A program made the position numbers and the translations under genes. From Sedimentisphaerales bacterium (GTDB lineage: Bacteria > Planctomycetota > Phycisphaerae > Sedimentisphaerales > SM23-30), in the NCBI GenBank assembly GCA_963666285.1, contig OY762711.1: DNA of 64,000 bases, one strand, 5' to 3'. Below are positions 51,264 through 61,550 of this stretch, one piece after another (the stretch's first letter is position 1; each line of letters starts with the position of its first letter). The notes under the pieces were generated by a model. The model worked only from the letters and a program-made list of their open reading frames with translations, was not told the origin of the DNA and searched no databases.

Positions 51264-52532
51264 ATGATTGATATTAAATTATTAAGAAACGAGCCGGATA
51301 TCTTTAAGAAAGCCTGTGCTGATAAAGGATATGAAGATAAAGTCGACGAGCTGCTCGCTCTCGATTCTGACATCAGAAAATTCAAACAGGAGCTGCAGGA
51401 TATTGTCACTGAAAAAAATTCAGCAGGTAAAACAATCGCTAAATTGAAAGACCCTGCTGAAAAAAAGGCTGCTATTGAGAAAATGAACTCAATGAAAGGC
51501 CGTGAAAAAGAGCTCGGCGATATCCTGGCTGATTTGGACCCCAAACTTGAGCAGATGCTGCTGAGAATGCCTCAGCCCTGCAGCCCGGAAAGCCCCGTAG
51601 GCAAGGATGAATCCTGTAATGTTGAACGCCGTCAGGTTGGCCAAATTCGCAAATTCGACTTCGAACCGAAAGATCATATTGAACTTGGCACCACGCTTGG
51701 GATAATCGACCTCGAACGAGGTGTTAAACTGGCCGGCTCCAGGAACTATGTACTGAAAGGTGCCGGATGCATGCTGCATCGTGCCGTTATGAACCTGGCT
51801 CACGACACTATGGTAGCCAAGGGTTTCGAACCGTTATCTGTGCCGGTTGCTACCCGTGAAGAAACTTTCATGGGTACCGGATGGTTCCCGGAAGGCAAAG
51901 AACAGGTTTACCATGTTACCGCTGACGACCTGTTCCTTGTCGGTACTGCCGAAGTCCCTGTTACTAGTCTCCACAGCGGCGAGATACTTGACCTCGAACA
52001 GCTGCCCATGAAATACGTTGCCCAGAGCCTGTGTTTCAGACGTGAAGCAGGCGCTGCCGGCAAAGACACCGCCGGGCTCTATCGCGTTCACCAGTTTGAA
52101 AAGGTCGAACAGGTTATCATCTGTAAAAACGAACCGGCTGAATCTGAAAAATGGCTGCAAACAATTGTGGCAAACTCTGAAGAAGTTATGCAGAAGCTGG
52201 AACTGCCCTACCGCGTCCTGGAGATTTGTACCGGCGATATGGGCATGGCAAAATACCGTATGTATGATATCGAAACCTGGATGCCTAGCAGAAATGCCTA
52301 CAGCGAAACACATTCTGCCAGTAACCTGCACGAATTCCAGGCTCGCAGGCTAAACTTGCGATATAGAGACGAAAACGGCAGAGTTCAGTTCTGTCACACA
52401 TTAAACAACACCGTTGTTGCTTCTCCGCGAATCCTGATAGCATTGATAGAGATGTATCAAAATCAGGATGGTTCTATTACTATCCCGGAAGCATTAAAAC
52501 CATACATGTGCGGAATAGAAAAAATTGGCTAG
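51264..52532 (+). CDS. serS: serine-tRNA ligase
   Basis: N-terminal coiled coil, TAE, FRREAG, RVHQFEKVE, HTLNNT. Confidence 0.97.
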   Translation: MIDIKLLRNEPDIFKKACADKGYEDKVDELLALDSDIRKFKQELQDIVTEKNSAGKTIAKLKDPAEKKAAIEKMNSMKGREKELGDILADLDPKLEQMLLRMPQPCSPESPVGKDESCNVERRQVGQIRKFDFEPKDHIELGTTLGIIDLERGVKLAGSRNYVLKGAGCMLHRAVMNLAHDTMVAKGFEPLSVPVATREETFMGTGWFPEGKEQVYHVTADDLFLVGTAEVPVTSLHSGEILDLEQLPMKYVAQSLCFRREAGAAGKDTAGLYRVHQFEKVEQVIICKNEPAESEKWLQTIVANSEEVMQKLELPYRVLEICTGDMGMAKYRMYDIETWMPSRNAYSETHSASNLHEFQARRLNLRYRDENGRVQFCHTLNNTVVASPRILIALIEMYQNQDGSITIPEALKPYMCGIEKIG

Positions 52533-52564
52533 CAGCCGACTCCCCAAATAAACCAAAAAGTCTT

Positions 52565-53077
52565 ATGTCAAAATTAGATAATATAAAATTGCTATGCATG
52601 GATGTTGACGGCGTTTTAACTGACGGCGGAATAATAATACATCATGACGGCACGGAAAGTAAACGGTTCCACGTACACGACGGTGGGTGGATGAGAATCT
52701 GGGGACGACGCGGGCTGAAAACTGCCATTATTACCGGCAGAGAATGCAAGGCCGTCCAGTTTCGTATGGAAGCCCTGGAGGTTGATTATATTTACCAGGG
52801 TGCTATCAAGAAACTGCCGGTATTCGAACAACTGCTCGCCGATTCTAAACTGGCCCCGGAAGAAATCGCATATATCGGCGATGATGTCTTTGATATACCG
52901 GTTATCCGCAGAGTTGGATATTCCGCGACCGTTGCTGACGGCATATCGGAACTGAGAGAATATGTCGACTTCGTCACCTGTCGAAAAGGCGGTCGAGGTG
53001 CGGTAGGCGAATTTATCCGGCACATGTTAAAGGAAAAAGGACTGTTTGAGGCTGCCATGGAAAGATATATGGCTTAA
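52565..53077 (+). CDS. kdsC: KDO-8-phosphate phosphatase
   Basis: DVDGVLTDG, ITGR, YIGDD..D, GGRGAV.E. Confidence 0.92.
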   Translation: MSKLDNIKLLCMDVDGVLTDGGIIIHHDGTESKRFHVHDGGWMRIWGRRGLKTAIITGRECKAVQFRMEALEVDYIYQGAIKKLPVFEQLLADSKLAPEEIAYIGDDVFDIPVIRRVGYSATVADGISELREYVDFVTCRKGGRGAVGEFIRHMLKEKGLFEAAMERYMA

Positions 53078-53227
53078 ACTCTATTCTCCTATGCAGTTAT
53101 TAACAACACCTTTGCCCGGACAATAACTTGCAGGCACTTAAAACAAAAGTTATTTCTTTATGACAATGCCTGACTTGAACAGTAAAAATTAAGGCGGCTT
53201 TATTTCTGGTGAAGCTGATTCTGATAA

Positions 53228-56200
53228 ATGGCTAAAAAACTAATATTGATAATTGCTTCGCTGTTTGGTGTGCTGATTCTTGGCCTGATTTTCATGTCAA
53301 TGAACCCGGACCTCAATAACGAATTTGCTCTGCCTGAACCGCCTGCGGTGGATGACTCACTGAAAAACTCTTCTGCCAGTGAAGATATTGACGATATAGA
53401 TGCCGGAATTGTCTCAATCCGTCAGATGAAGGATTTCGTCTGGCGACAGCCCGGTCGCCTGGAATTCGGGTTTGTCGAAAGAGCTCACAAAACCGAAGGG
53501 TCCGTACAGATTCTCGATACCTGGGTAAAGCTTTTCTCTAATAACAATATTATTAGAATCACTGCAGACAAAGGCATTATCCCTATTGAAGGTGACTATG
53601 ACATAATCAGCCAGAAGATGCCCAACGAAGGTATTTTAGAGGGTAATGTCACAATTGAGGTATTCCGCAAGCCTACCGATGTCAGTTATGATGATTTCGA
53701 CTACGATCCAAAGCTGAAAGAACTTATTGTTGAACTCGGCCGCACCAAATTCGAACGAGAATTCTCCAGGATTGTCGGAGAAGGCACCGTCAGGGTCATA
53801 GCACATGAGTTTGTCGCTACCGGTGAAGATCTCATCATGCAGTATGACCAGATCAACAAAAAACTGCAACTACTCGAAATCGCTCAGATGCAGAAACTGT
53901 CGATCGCCATCAAAAAAGATAACAGCAGCCTGCATGACCCCGGCAAGAATGATTCCACAGACCAGGATGCTGAAAATGCTGATATCCCTGTCGGTCCAAA
54001 AGAGTTCATGACATACAACCTGAACCTTTCTAATAACATATTTATCCAGACCGAAGACGGCACATTTACCGCTGACAACCTGTCTGTCATGGCTGATGTC
54101 TCCAGCGGCAGCAATATAATCAAAAATATAAATGAAGCTGACAATGATAACGACTCTTCTAAAGGTACCGTTATCGCCAATAATTCATTTGACATGGATG
54201 ATCGAAAACTTATCACCATGACCTGTAACGGGCCTCTTGTAATAACCTCGCCCGAAGAACCATTTGTTTCTCAAAACGGCTTGCCACGCATCAAGATGAC
54301 CGCAGAAGGCAAACCGGTCGAGATCTTCCGCGACGGCGAACCTGCCTTAAAATGCGACCAGCTGGTATACGAACGAAATACCGACGGAAATAACAACCAT
54401 TCAATCAAGCTTGTTTCAAACGAGCAGTTTGACAGTATTTTTCTCGCACAAAATAACCAGCGGTCTGTTACTGCTTCAAAAGAAATCAAGTATGACTTCA
54501 ATACCAACATAGCTGCCCTGCTCGGCCCCGGAAAGATCCGCTCGCTGGATGCCAATCAGTCGCATATCGACTTCAAGGATATGATTAAAATCAAATTCCT
54601 GGGCAGCCAGACAGAAAACGGACTCGGCATAGAGCTCAACAGCAACGCCAAAGTCGAATGGATCGAGTGCCTGGGAACGGTTGACGCCAAAGTTGATGAA
54701 AGGCTTATCTCTGCCGATAAAGTGCGGATCAATTTTTATAATGATTCCGACACCGCACAGGCAACTGTACCGGCTGAAAAAACTTCCAAAGACAAAGTTC
54801 CTGCCGTTGACAATATGATTATGACCGGTAATGTTGTAATGAAAGACAGCCAGAGTGTTTTCCATTGCGGCAAGCTGATTGCCAGGTTTAGAAACTACAA
54901 TGACAAATCTGAACTGCAAAGCCTGTGGGCCGGCAACAACATTAAAATCGAAACAGACGAATATCTCATTGATGTTGCGGACAGGTTACTTGTCAACTTC
55001 GGAGTGGCAAAGCCGGATATCAAAAATACAAAAAAGAGCGAGTCTTCGGAAACTGCCTTTTCCGGCGTAAGTACAATGTTTGAAAACCTCAACCCTGTTT
55101 ATGTAATAGCTGAAGGTGCCAACAACAAAGTCCTGTTCAAAGACAAAATCAAAGGAAACATTGTCAGGGGTTCTGTAATCGAAGGTAAGCTGCCGGAAGA
55201 AACCGGTGATCAGCAAAACACCGAACCGCTTGCCACTGCAAAGGACCTTTCTAAAGATGGTATATGGACCATAAGCGGATCACTTGCAATTGTTGAAATT
55301 GGCGAAACTGTTGTCAGCGGAAAAACAATTGAGCTTAACCAGCAGAACAACTTCTGTTCTATTGCCGGGCGAGGTAATTTCATTCTCTCTGCCAACAGTG
55401 AAATCACTGGACAAAAAAATTCAGAAAACATTCCTGTGGCCATCTACTGGCAGGACGGCGTCATATATGATACTGAAAACGGAATTATAATGCTCAAACA
55501 GGCCACCTTCGAATTTGACCAGCTGGCATCAGAAAATATCCTGCAAAACAACAAGCTATATGCTGATAATGCTGACATCACACTTGCCGTTAAGGAGATT
55601 AGTGATACTGGCAAACCGTTATACGAACTCAAGGACTTCAGGGCTTATGGGCCAAACCTGAGAATCATCAGCAACGAAATCGACCTGACCAATAACGACC
55701 TGGTCAGCCAGTCACAAATGAGTGCCAGCCAGATACTATTCGAAGCTATCCCTCATGGCAGACTGAAAGCTTCCGGCGGCGGATGGCTCGAACATGTTGT
55801 ACTTTGCAAACCCGACAGCGATATTCCATCCGAAGCGGAAATTGCAAAAAATAACGGCCTGAACAATTCTGACAGCTATAAACCGGGATACTACTTCCTC
55901 CAGTTCAGTAAGGCAATGGATATTGATATGCAGACCATGGATCTTTCTTTTGCTGACCCGATTGCTATACACTTTCTGCCTATAGCTAACGGTCAGAAAG
56001 ATATTGAAACACTTGGCAATTCCGTCATATTACCTGCCGGCGGGAAAAGGCTATATTGTGATAGTCTCAAGTTGATCAACTCCGAGACTGACAAACTGGA
56101 TACCATGCAGGAATTCTCTAAGCTCAGCGGCAACGAAGCCGTTGCTGAATCCGTTGGTTTCGGGCAGCTTGGCTATTTCTTTGCCAAGGGCAATATTTTC

Positions 56201-56413
56201 CTCGAGCTTAATGATGATAATAACCTGAAACATGTATTCACCGCTGATTCAATGCTCTACGACCGATATCAGGATAAGTTTTCCATCGGAGGTGCTTCTG
56301 ACAATCCCGCCAGTTTCGACAACGTAAGATTTGAATATCTCAATTACGACCTTGAAAATGGGCATAGCAGCGGTAAAATATACGGAACTGCTAAGATATC
56401 TGCAACAAATTAG
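53228..56413 (+). CDS. large membrane-anchored beta-rich protein, probable LptC/LptA (OstA-like) multi-jellyroll
   Basis: single N-terminal TM; recurring ITADKG, LEGNV, ATGEDL..YD, ISADKV, MTGNVV, AKGNI, FTADSMLYD strands; located between kdsC and an LptF/G permease. Confidence 0.6.
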   Translation: MAKKLILIIASLFGVLILGLIFMSMNPDLNNEFALPEPPAVDDSLKNSSASEDIDDIDAGIVSIRQMKDFVWRQPGRLEFGFVERAHKTEGSVQILDTWVKLFSNNNIIRITADKGIIPIEGDYDIISQKMPNEGILEGNVTIEVFRKPTDVSYDDFDYDPKLKELIVELGRTKFEREFSRIVGEGTVRVIAHEFVATGEDLIMQYDQINKKLQLLEIAQMQKLSIAIKKDNSSLHDPGKNDSTDQDAENADIPVGPKEFMTYNLNLSNNIFIQTEDGTFTADNLSVMADVSSGSNIIKNINEADNDNDSSKGTVIANNSFDMDDRKLITMTCNGPLVITSPEEPFVSQNGLPRIKMTAEGKPVEIFRDGEPALKCDQLVYERNTDGNNNHSIKLVSNEQFDSIFLAQNNQRSVTASKEIKYDFNTNIAALLGPGKIRSLDANQSHIDFKDMIKIKFLGSQTENGLGIELNSNAKVEWIECLGTVDAKVDERLISADKVRINFYNDSDTAQATVPAEKTSKDKVPAVDNMIMTGNVVMKDSQSVFHCGKLIARFRNYNDKSELQSLWAGNNIKIETDEYLIDVADRLLVNFGVAKPDIKNTKKSESSETAFSGVSTMFENLNPVYVIAEGANNKVLFKDKIKGNIVRGSVIEGKLPEETGDQQNTEPLATAKDLSKDGIWTISGSLAIVEIGETVVSGKTIELNQQNNFCSIAGRGNFILSANSEITGQKNSENIPVAIYWQDGVIYDTENGIIMLKQATFEFDQLASENILQNNKLYADNADITLAVKEISDTGKPLYELKDFRAYGPNLRIISNEIDLTNNDLVSQSQMSASQILFEAIPHGRLKASGGGWLEHVVLCKPDSDIPSEAEIAKNNGLNNSDSYKPGYYFLQFSKAMDIDMQTMDLSFADPIAIHFLPIANGQKDIETLGNSVILPAGGKRLYCDSLKLINSETDKLDTMQEFSKLSGNEAVAESVGFGQLGYFFAKGNIFLELNDDNNLKHVFTADSMLYDRYQDKFSIGGASDNPASFDNVRFEYLNYDLENGHSSGKIYGTAKISATN

Positions 56414-56432
56414 GCCTGGATCATTTAATATA

Positions 56433-57575
56433 ATGAAAGATAACAAAACAAAACGAATTTCACTTGCTTTCGGCATAATCGACCGATATGTTGCCAGGGA
56501 ATACATGATCAGCTATCTTATCGCAATCGGAGTTCTGCTCGGACTGCGCATTCTGGTGGATGTTTTTATTGAGCTTGACGAGTTTGTCGAGAGCCGGGAC
56601 GGTAAAAGCCCTACTATGTTAATGGTCATCGGATATATGCTCGACTATTATGGACCGAAAATTTTTGAATATTTCAGAGACCTTTCCGGCACTATCGTTC
56701 TTATTGCCGCGGCATTCTCGCTCACCAGGCTCACGCGTAACAATGAGCTAACCGCAATCCTGGCCTCCGGCATAAGCCTCAAAAGGGTCATCGCCCCTAT
56801 CGTACTGATCGGACTGCTGCTTAACGGACTTATGATCATCGATCAGGAATATGTACTGCCCAGGCTCGCCCATAAACTGGTACGCAAACACGAAGAAGTT
56901 GCCGGTGAAAAATCTTTCCCACTTAAACTGCTGCCCGACCAGCATGGAGAAGCACTGGTTTACTCTCCAAAATACAACCCAAAAACTGAAACCATCGAAA
57001 AAATGCTCGTAATTGAACGTGACGATGGCATGATGGACAGGATTATCAAGGCTGACTCCGCCAAATGGGACGCGGCTTCCGGCAAATGGCTGCTGACCAA
57101 CGGCATTATCCAGCAAGACACAAACGACCCGGCACTTATGAACCAGCCGATATCTGAATATGAGTCAGAACTTACCCCGGAATATCTATCAATCCAGAAA
57201 AACTCGTCATTTAAGACTCTTATGAGCAGCTTCGAACTTACTGAACTCATCAGGCGAGGCGGGCTCAAACCAGCCGACAGGGCCGAAGCATTCGCTGAAA
57301 AACATTCCCGGTTTACCGACCCGATTATTAATATGATTATGCTGCTGGTCGGGCTGCCTATGCTCGTCAGCCGCGAACGAAAAAACACCCGCATCGCTTA
57401 CGCTTATATGCTCTGCGGTGCCGGAGGATGCTTCATCGCTACCTTCGCCTGCAAACTGCTCGCCTCAGGCAATATTTACGTCACCAGCGAAACACAGCGG
57501 GCGCTCGTTACATTCCTGCCGATTATCATCTTCGGACCTGCCTCACTGCTGGCTGTCGACTCCATCAAGACATAA
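56433..57575 (+). CDS. LptF/LptG family LPS export permease
   Basis: IIDRYV, L.RNNELTAILASGIS..R, IKADSAKWD..W.L.NG. Confidence 0.9.
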   Translation: MKDNKTKRISLAFGIIDRYVAREYMISYLIAIGVLLGLRILVDVFIELDEFVESRDGKSPTMLMVIGYMLDYYGPKIFEYFRDLSGTIVLIAAAFSLTRLTRNNELTAILASGISLKRVIAPIVLIGLLLNGLMIIDQEYVLPRLAHKLVRKHEEVAGEKSFPLKLLPDQHGEALVYSPKYNPKTETIEKMLVIERDDGMMDRIIKADSAKWDAASGKWLLTNGIIQQDTNDPALMNQPISEYESELTPEYLSIQKNSSFKTLMSSFELTELIRRGGLKPADRAEAFAEKHSRFTDPIINMIMLLVGLPMLVSRERKNTRIAYAYMLCGAGGCFIATFACKLLASGNIYVTSETQRALVTFLPIIIFGPASLLAVDSIKT

Positions 57576-57599
57576 CCGCGTCAATATCGCTTCTCTCTT

Positions 57600-58004
57600 C
57601 TAACTCTTTTCATCCCTCTCCCAATATATCCGATCATCTCTATCACCCTCATCTTCCTTCCCATCATAATACCCGCCATCATCCTTACCGTTCTCGCCTA
57701 CACCATACAAAACCGACCGACTGCCGTCATTCAGATATTTTATCTTACCTTCTCCATCGATATCATCTGGCAGTTCTACTTCATACCCCGCATCAATCAG
57801 CTCACTTATACTTGCAGGATATCCCCCTTCTTCAACCTTATACTCCTCCAACTCAAATATCACTTCACACGCCGAAACCGAACTATCGGCCACCTCCGAC
57901 AAATAATAGGCTCTGGTAAACGATTTTGAAAAAATATTATAAAATAGTGCTAATGCCGGAGGATACGAAAACGGACTCACCTCTTTAACTTCATCATGAC
58001 GCAT
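57600..58004 (-). pseudogene. orphan C-terminal fragment (YP..I..L..P.D..LYGVG.NG.DDGG, GspG-C-like)
   Basis: motif typical of C-termini of longer planctomycete proteins; no signal or TM segment, weak start. Confidence 0.45.
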
Positions 58005-58130
58005 TGAAAATCGGTGCAGACACGGCTGTCCCTTTACTTCAAACAGCTTGGGAACGTTTTTTATAAATTACGTTACAATGTAACATAATCTTCCTTATTG
58101 TAACTTATCCTTATGTGACTAAGTGAAAAA

Positions 58131-58676
58131 TCAACGTACTACTTCAAAGCCTTTAAATATCTCTACAGTACTAGTTTGTTTTGTTTTTTTATCAACTTCA
58201 ATCAAATACCCAATTTTAATACCCATCAGAGTATAGCTTTCATTTTTTTCTAAAAGAGGGTCTTTTGAACTATTAAACGTAAAATATTTCGAATAATCAT
58301 TACTTAAGTGTGACAAACAAACTGAATCTCGCATTTCAACTATTGTATTATTGTTTACAGGAACATATTCTTTTCTTGTTATTAAATACCAATTATCTTC
58401 GTCTTCCTGAATTATCCAGTCTTCTAGAGAGACCAAACCTTTCTCCAAATTATTTTGAAATTCTTTTTCACTGTTTTCAAGCAATTTCCTATCTTCTTCC
58501 TTTAAAACCAAACTAAAGTCGGTAATTTCAATAGGCAGTATCTTAATATTTTGGGGGCAATATTTACTATTGATCCCAAATAAAAATGATTTTTTTATTT
58601 GGGATTCATCCTCAGCATTAACATACATTGCAGAAATAATAAGTAATACAGTTATTAAGCTAATACATTTTTTCAT
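58131..58676 (-). CDS. secreted hypothetical protein, candidate Rhs immunity/partner
   Basis: signal peptide, GAGAGG RBS, 17 bp after the Rhs tip, same low GC. Confidence 0.65.
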   Translation of the reverse strand: MKKCISLITVLLIISAMYVNAEDESQIKKSFLFGINSKYCPQNIKILPIEITDFSLVLKEEDRKLLENSEKEFQNNLEKGLVSLEDWIIQEDEDNWYLITRKEYVPVNNNTIVEMRDSVCLSHLSNDYSKYFTFNSSKDPLLEKNESYTLMGIKIGYLIEVDKKTKQTSTVEIFKGFEVVR

Positions 58677-58693
58677 TATATATACCTCTCGAT

Positions 58694-59945
58694 TTAATAA
58701 TCTACTCTAAATTTGACTTCTTGTTTTGTCTTAGGAATTGTTACTGGAATACCTATCGATATAGATATCGAAGTACCAGTTTCTTCATGTACGATAGTAC
58801 CAGAAGAATTATATCTTAAATCTAAATCTCCGTCAGTAATAAAAACACCTAAAGACTTACAGTTAGGGTTAGATGATTTATATGGCATTGCTCCTGGGAT
58901 TTGATCTGGATTATCATATGGTTGTTTACAACAATAAAATTCTCTTTTAATTAGTTTCGCTCTATATTCCACAGTTGTCTGTATTCCCATAAATATATAT
59001 GTTGTGTTTTCATTTATTTTGATTTTGACACCTTTATTCTCTATAGTTCCCCCTTTTGTAGCTGTGATAACTGTATTATTTAAAATAGGCGAATAAGTAC
59101 CTATTGGGTGATAAGGAGTTATCTGAGTTCCACGTGGAACTGATTTTATATTTTTAAAACATCTTTTACATGCTTTTTGCTTTTCTGCAATAGCTTGAGC
59201 TTGTTGCCTAAGTAAATTGTTTAGGTTATTCGATTCCTTATAAATCCTTTTAGAAATCTCAAGCATGTCTTTGTCTGTAAAGCTTGGAGTATATCCCCAT
59301 TTAACATCAGAGACAGGTCTATCATCTTCTTCCTGCCCCGAGGCATACGAATCTAATCCATATATATCAACAAATACTATAACTTTTGATTTTACATATT
59401 CATAAAGATTTAAACCATCAGCATAACCTGAAGGATCATTGGTCATCCATCTACCCAATCGGTAATGATATACACGGTGGCGGTTATGCTGTAATCTCAA
59501 ATCACCATCATCTAGATTATCAACCTCTCTTGCCGTGAACATAAACGGATTGGCAACAGCTGAATTATCAATCTCATTTCCGCTGCCATCATATATCGTC
59601 GGTTCGCCCCAGACATCGTAAGCATACCGTTCGACCACATCACCATCGGCATCAACCAGAGCGACAATTGAGCCGAGGTTGTCAGAGCAGTAGGTAATAT
59701 ACTGCTGAATTGGGATCACCTGAGGTTGTATTATACATCATCACCAGCTCGTCAATTCCATCTCCAAATACAGATTCCTGTTCCAGGTCAGCTTCTGAGG
59801 CATTATCAGTTGCCGCATAAACCACCTGCCATCTATCATTATGATAATATCGAACAATTTTGTCAACATCTTCATTTTCATCATAGAAAACTGCCAAAAT
59901 CCGTCTGCCAAGGGCATCATATTCATATTCATATTCAACCAGCAA
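58694..59945 (-). pseudogene. orphan, frameshifted Rhs core plus variable C-terminal tip
   Basis: YEYDALGRR, DNLGS, Y.YD.WG, NPFMFTARE, GRWMTNDPSG..DGLNLYEY..DIYGL; +1 frameshift near 59690 joins the two ORFs. Confidence 0.85.
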
Positions 59946-59949
59946 AGAG

Positions 59950-60250
59950 AACTAAAAGGGGTACGTCCCTTTTTCTTTATCCGCGCCCATCAGCAGGATT
60001 TAGCGGACAATATTTTTTCGTTCTTTTCGACACCTTCACTTTTCGGCTACGGTCGAAAAGTGCCTGAGTACGAAGCACGTATTTCCTGGCAGCTGACCGC
60101 TGGTAGCTGGTCGCTATTTCGCTGTTTTCTGCCTACCGTGTTTGTCTGTGCCTGTCCGTGACCGTCAGTGCTATATTCCACAATAACACTTTGCGAGCCT
60201 TGCGGCCTCTGCGAGCAACAGTTTTTTTTCGTGTTCTTTCGTGAATTTCG
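59950..60250. repeat. REP-like hairpin / 7- and 9-mer mosaic
   Basis: AAAAGGG-GTACGT-CCCTTTT (59954-59973); CACTTTTCG/CGAAAAGTG hairpin; 60190-60217 is a near reverse complement of 16861-16888; TTCGTG 9-mers. Confidence 0.7.
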
Positions 60251-60322
60251 TGAAAATATGAAGAAAAGGCATCCTAAGGTATAATATATACCAAAACAAA
60301 CTTTTATACGAAAGGATGCCTC

Positions 60323-61354
60323 ATGAACAACATACATTATATTGGAACAGATTTGCATAGCAACAATATTGAGCTGGCAATTCGTTACAGGCAGAAGGTA
60401 ATCCAGAGATATTCTCTGCCGACATCGTTGCCTCCTGTTTTGGAGGTTATAAGCTCCATCAAAGGCAAAAAACAGATGGCAGTAGAGGAAGGCCCCATGG
60501 CAGGCTGGCTTTATCGCGGCGTATTTGGCAAAGTTGACAGGTTTGTAATCGCAGAACCTCGCCGTAACAAGCTGATAAGCTCAGAAGGCGATCATGATGA
60601 TGAAATTGATTCTGCAAAACTTGCAATGCTGCTGGAAGGAGGCCTTTTGAAGGAAGTTTATCATCCTCTAAATAGAGAGCAAGCGGTATTTAAAAAGTGG
60701 GTAACTCTTTACCATGACAATGTTAAGGATGCAGTAAGAAGTATTAACAAAATCAGAGCCTGTTGTCGTATGGAAGCCATAAGAATACCCAGATATGTAA
60801 TAAAAAACCCTGACAAACGTGACAAATGGCTTTCGGAGCTTGAATATACAGACATTGCCGAGCAATTAATGTTGCTGCTTATCGGCTACGATGCAGCTTC
60901 CTGCCAGTGTAGACTTGCCAGGCAAAAAATCATGACTCTAAGTAAATCTTATCCGGTAATTAAGCAATTTCAGGAGCTGCCCGGAGTTGGCATAATACGA
61001 GCAGTAACCTTCTTGGCATATATCGATACGCCATGGAGGTTTAAGAAAAAAAGTCAATTATGGAAATATTGCGGCATTGGACTTGAACGTACAACCAGCG
61101 GCAAAGACAAATATGGCAACTCAAAACCGGCAAAACTTAAATTGCCTTACAACTGTAATCGCACTCTTAAAAATGTAATAATTGGTGCCGCTTTAAGTGC
61201 TATCAGGCAAAAGAATAGTACATATGCCCAGGATTATGAAAGGATGATCTCAAATGGTGTAAATAGATCAAATGCTCGCCATACCGTTGCCAGGAAAATA
61301 CTGACAACTATGTGGGGGATTTGGAAAAGCAGCTTTCAGTATAATACGGATTAA
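60323..61354 (+). CDS. IS110 family DEDD recombinase/transposase
   Basis: IGTDLH, VEEG, DDEIDS (DEDD RuvC-like); LPGVG and YCGIG..TTSG (Tnp domain Ser). Confidence 0.92.
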   Translation: MNNIHYIGTDLHSNNIELAIRYRQKVIQRYSLPTSLPPVLEVISSIKGKKQMAVEEGPMAGWLYRGVFGKVDRFVIAEPRRNKLISSEGDHDDEIDSAKLAMLLEGGLLKEVYHPLNREQAVFKKWVTLYHDNVKDAVRSINKIRACCRMEAIRIPRYVIKNPDKRDKWLSELEYTDIAEQLMLLLIGYDAASCQCRLARQKIMTLSKSYPVIKQFQELPGVGIIRAVTFLAYIDTPWRFKKKSQLWKYCGIGLERTTSGKDKYGNSKPAKLKLPYNCNRTLKNVIIGAALSAIRQKNSTYAQDYERMISNGVNRSNARHTVARKILTTMWGIWKSSFQYNTD

Positions 61355-61414
61355 GATATCGTAATTTATACTCTTTCAAAATATTATGATTTTCTAATAG
61401 TCTTTTTGCATAAC

Positions 61415-61550
61415 AGCAAAGAGTTCCGTTTCAACCACTGGACAGGCAAGAACTTGAACCCGATTCGTGAATGAACCTTTGCTTTTAGACGTGCCTCTTT
61501 TCTTTTTATGAACTGCCCAAAGGGCATGTTCCCAATAGATGGTTGGCAGC
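61415..61550 (+). ncRNA. bridge RNA / seekRNA candidate
   Basis: two stem-internal loop-stem units whose loop strands match the target flanks (TCAACCAC, ATTCGTG) and the circle junction (ATAGATG, TTTTTAT). Confidence 0.7.
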
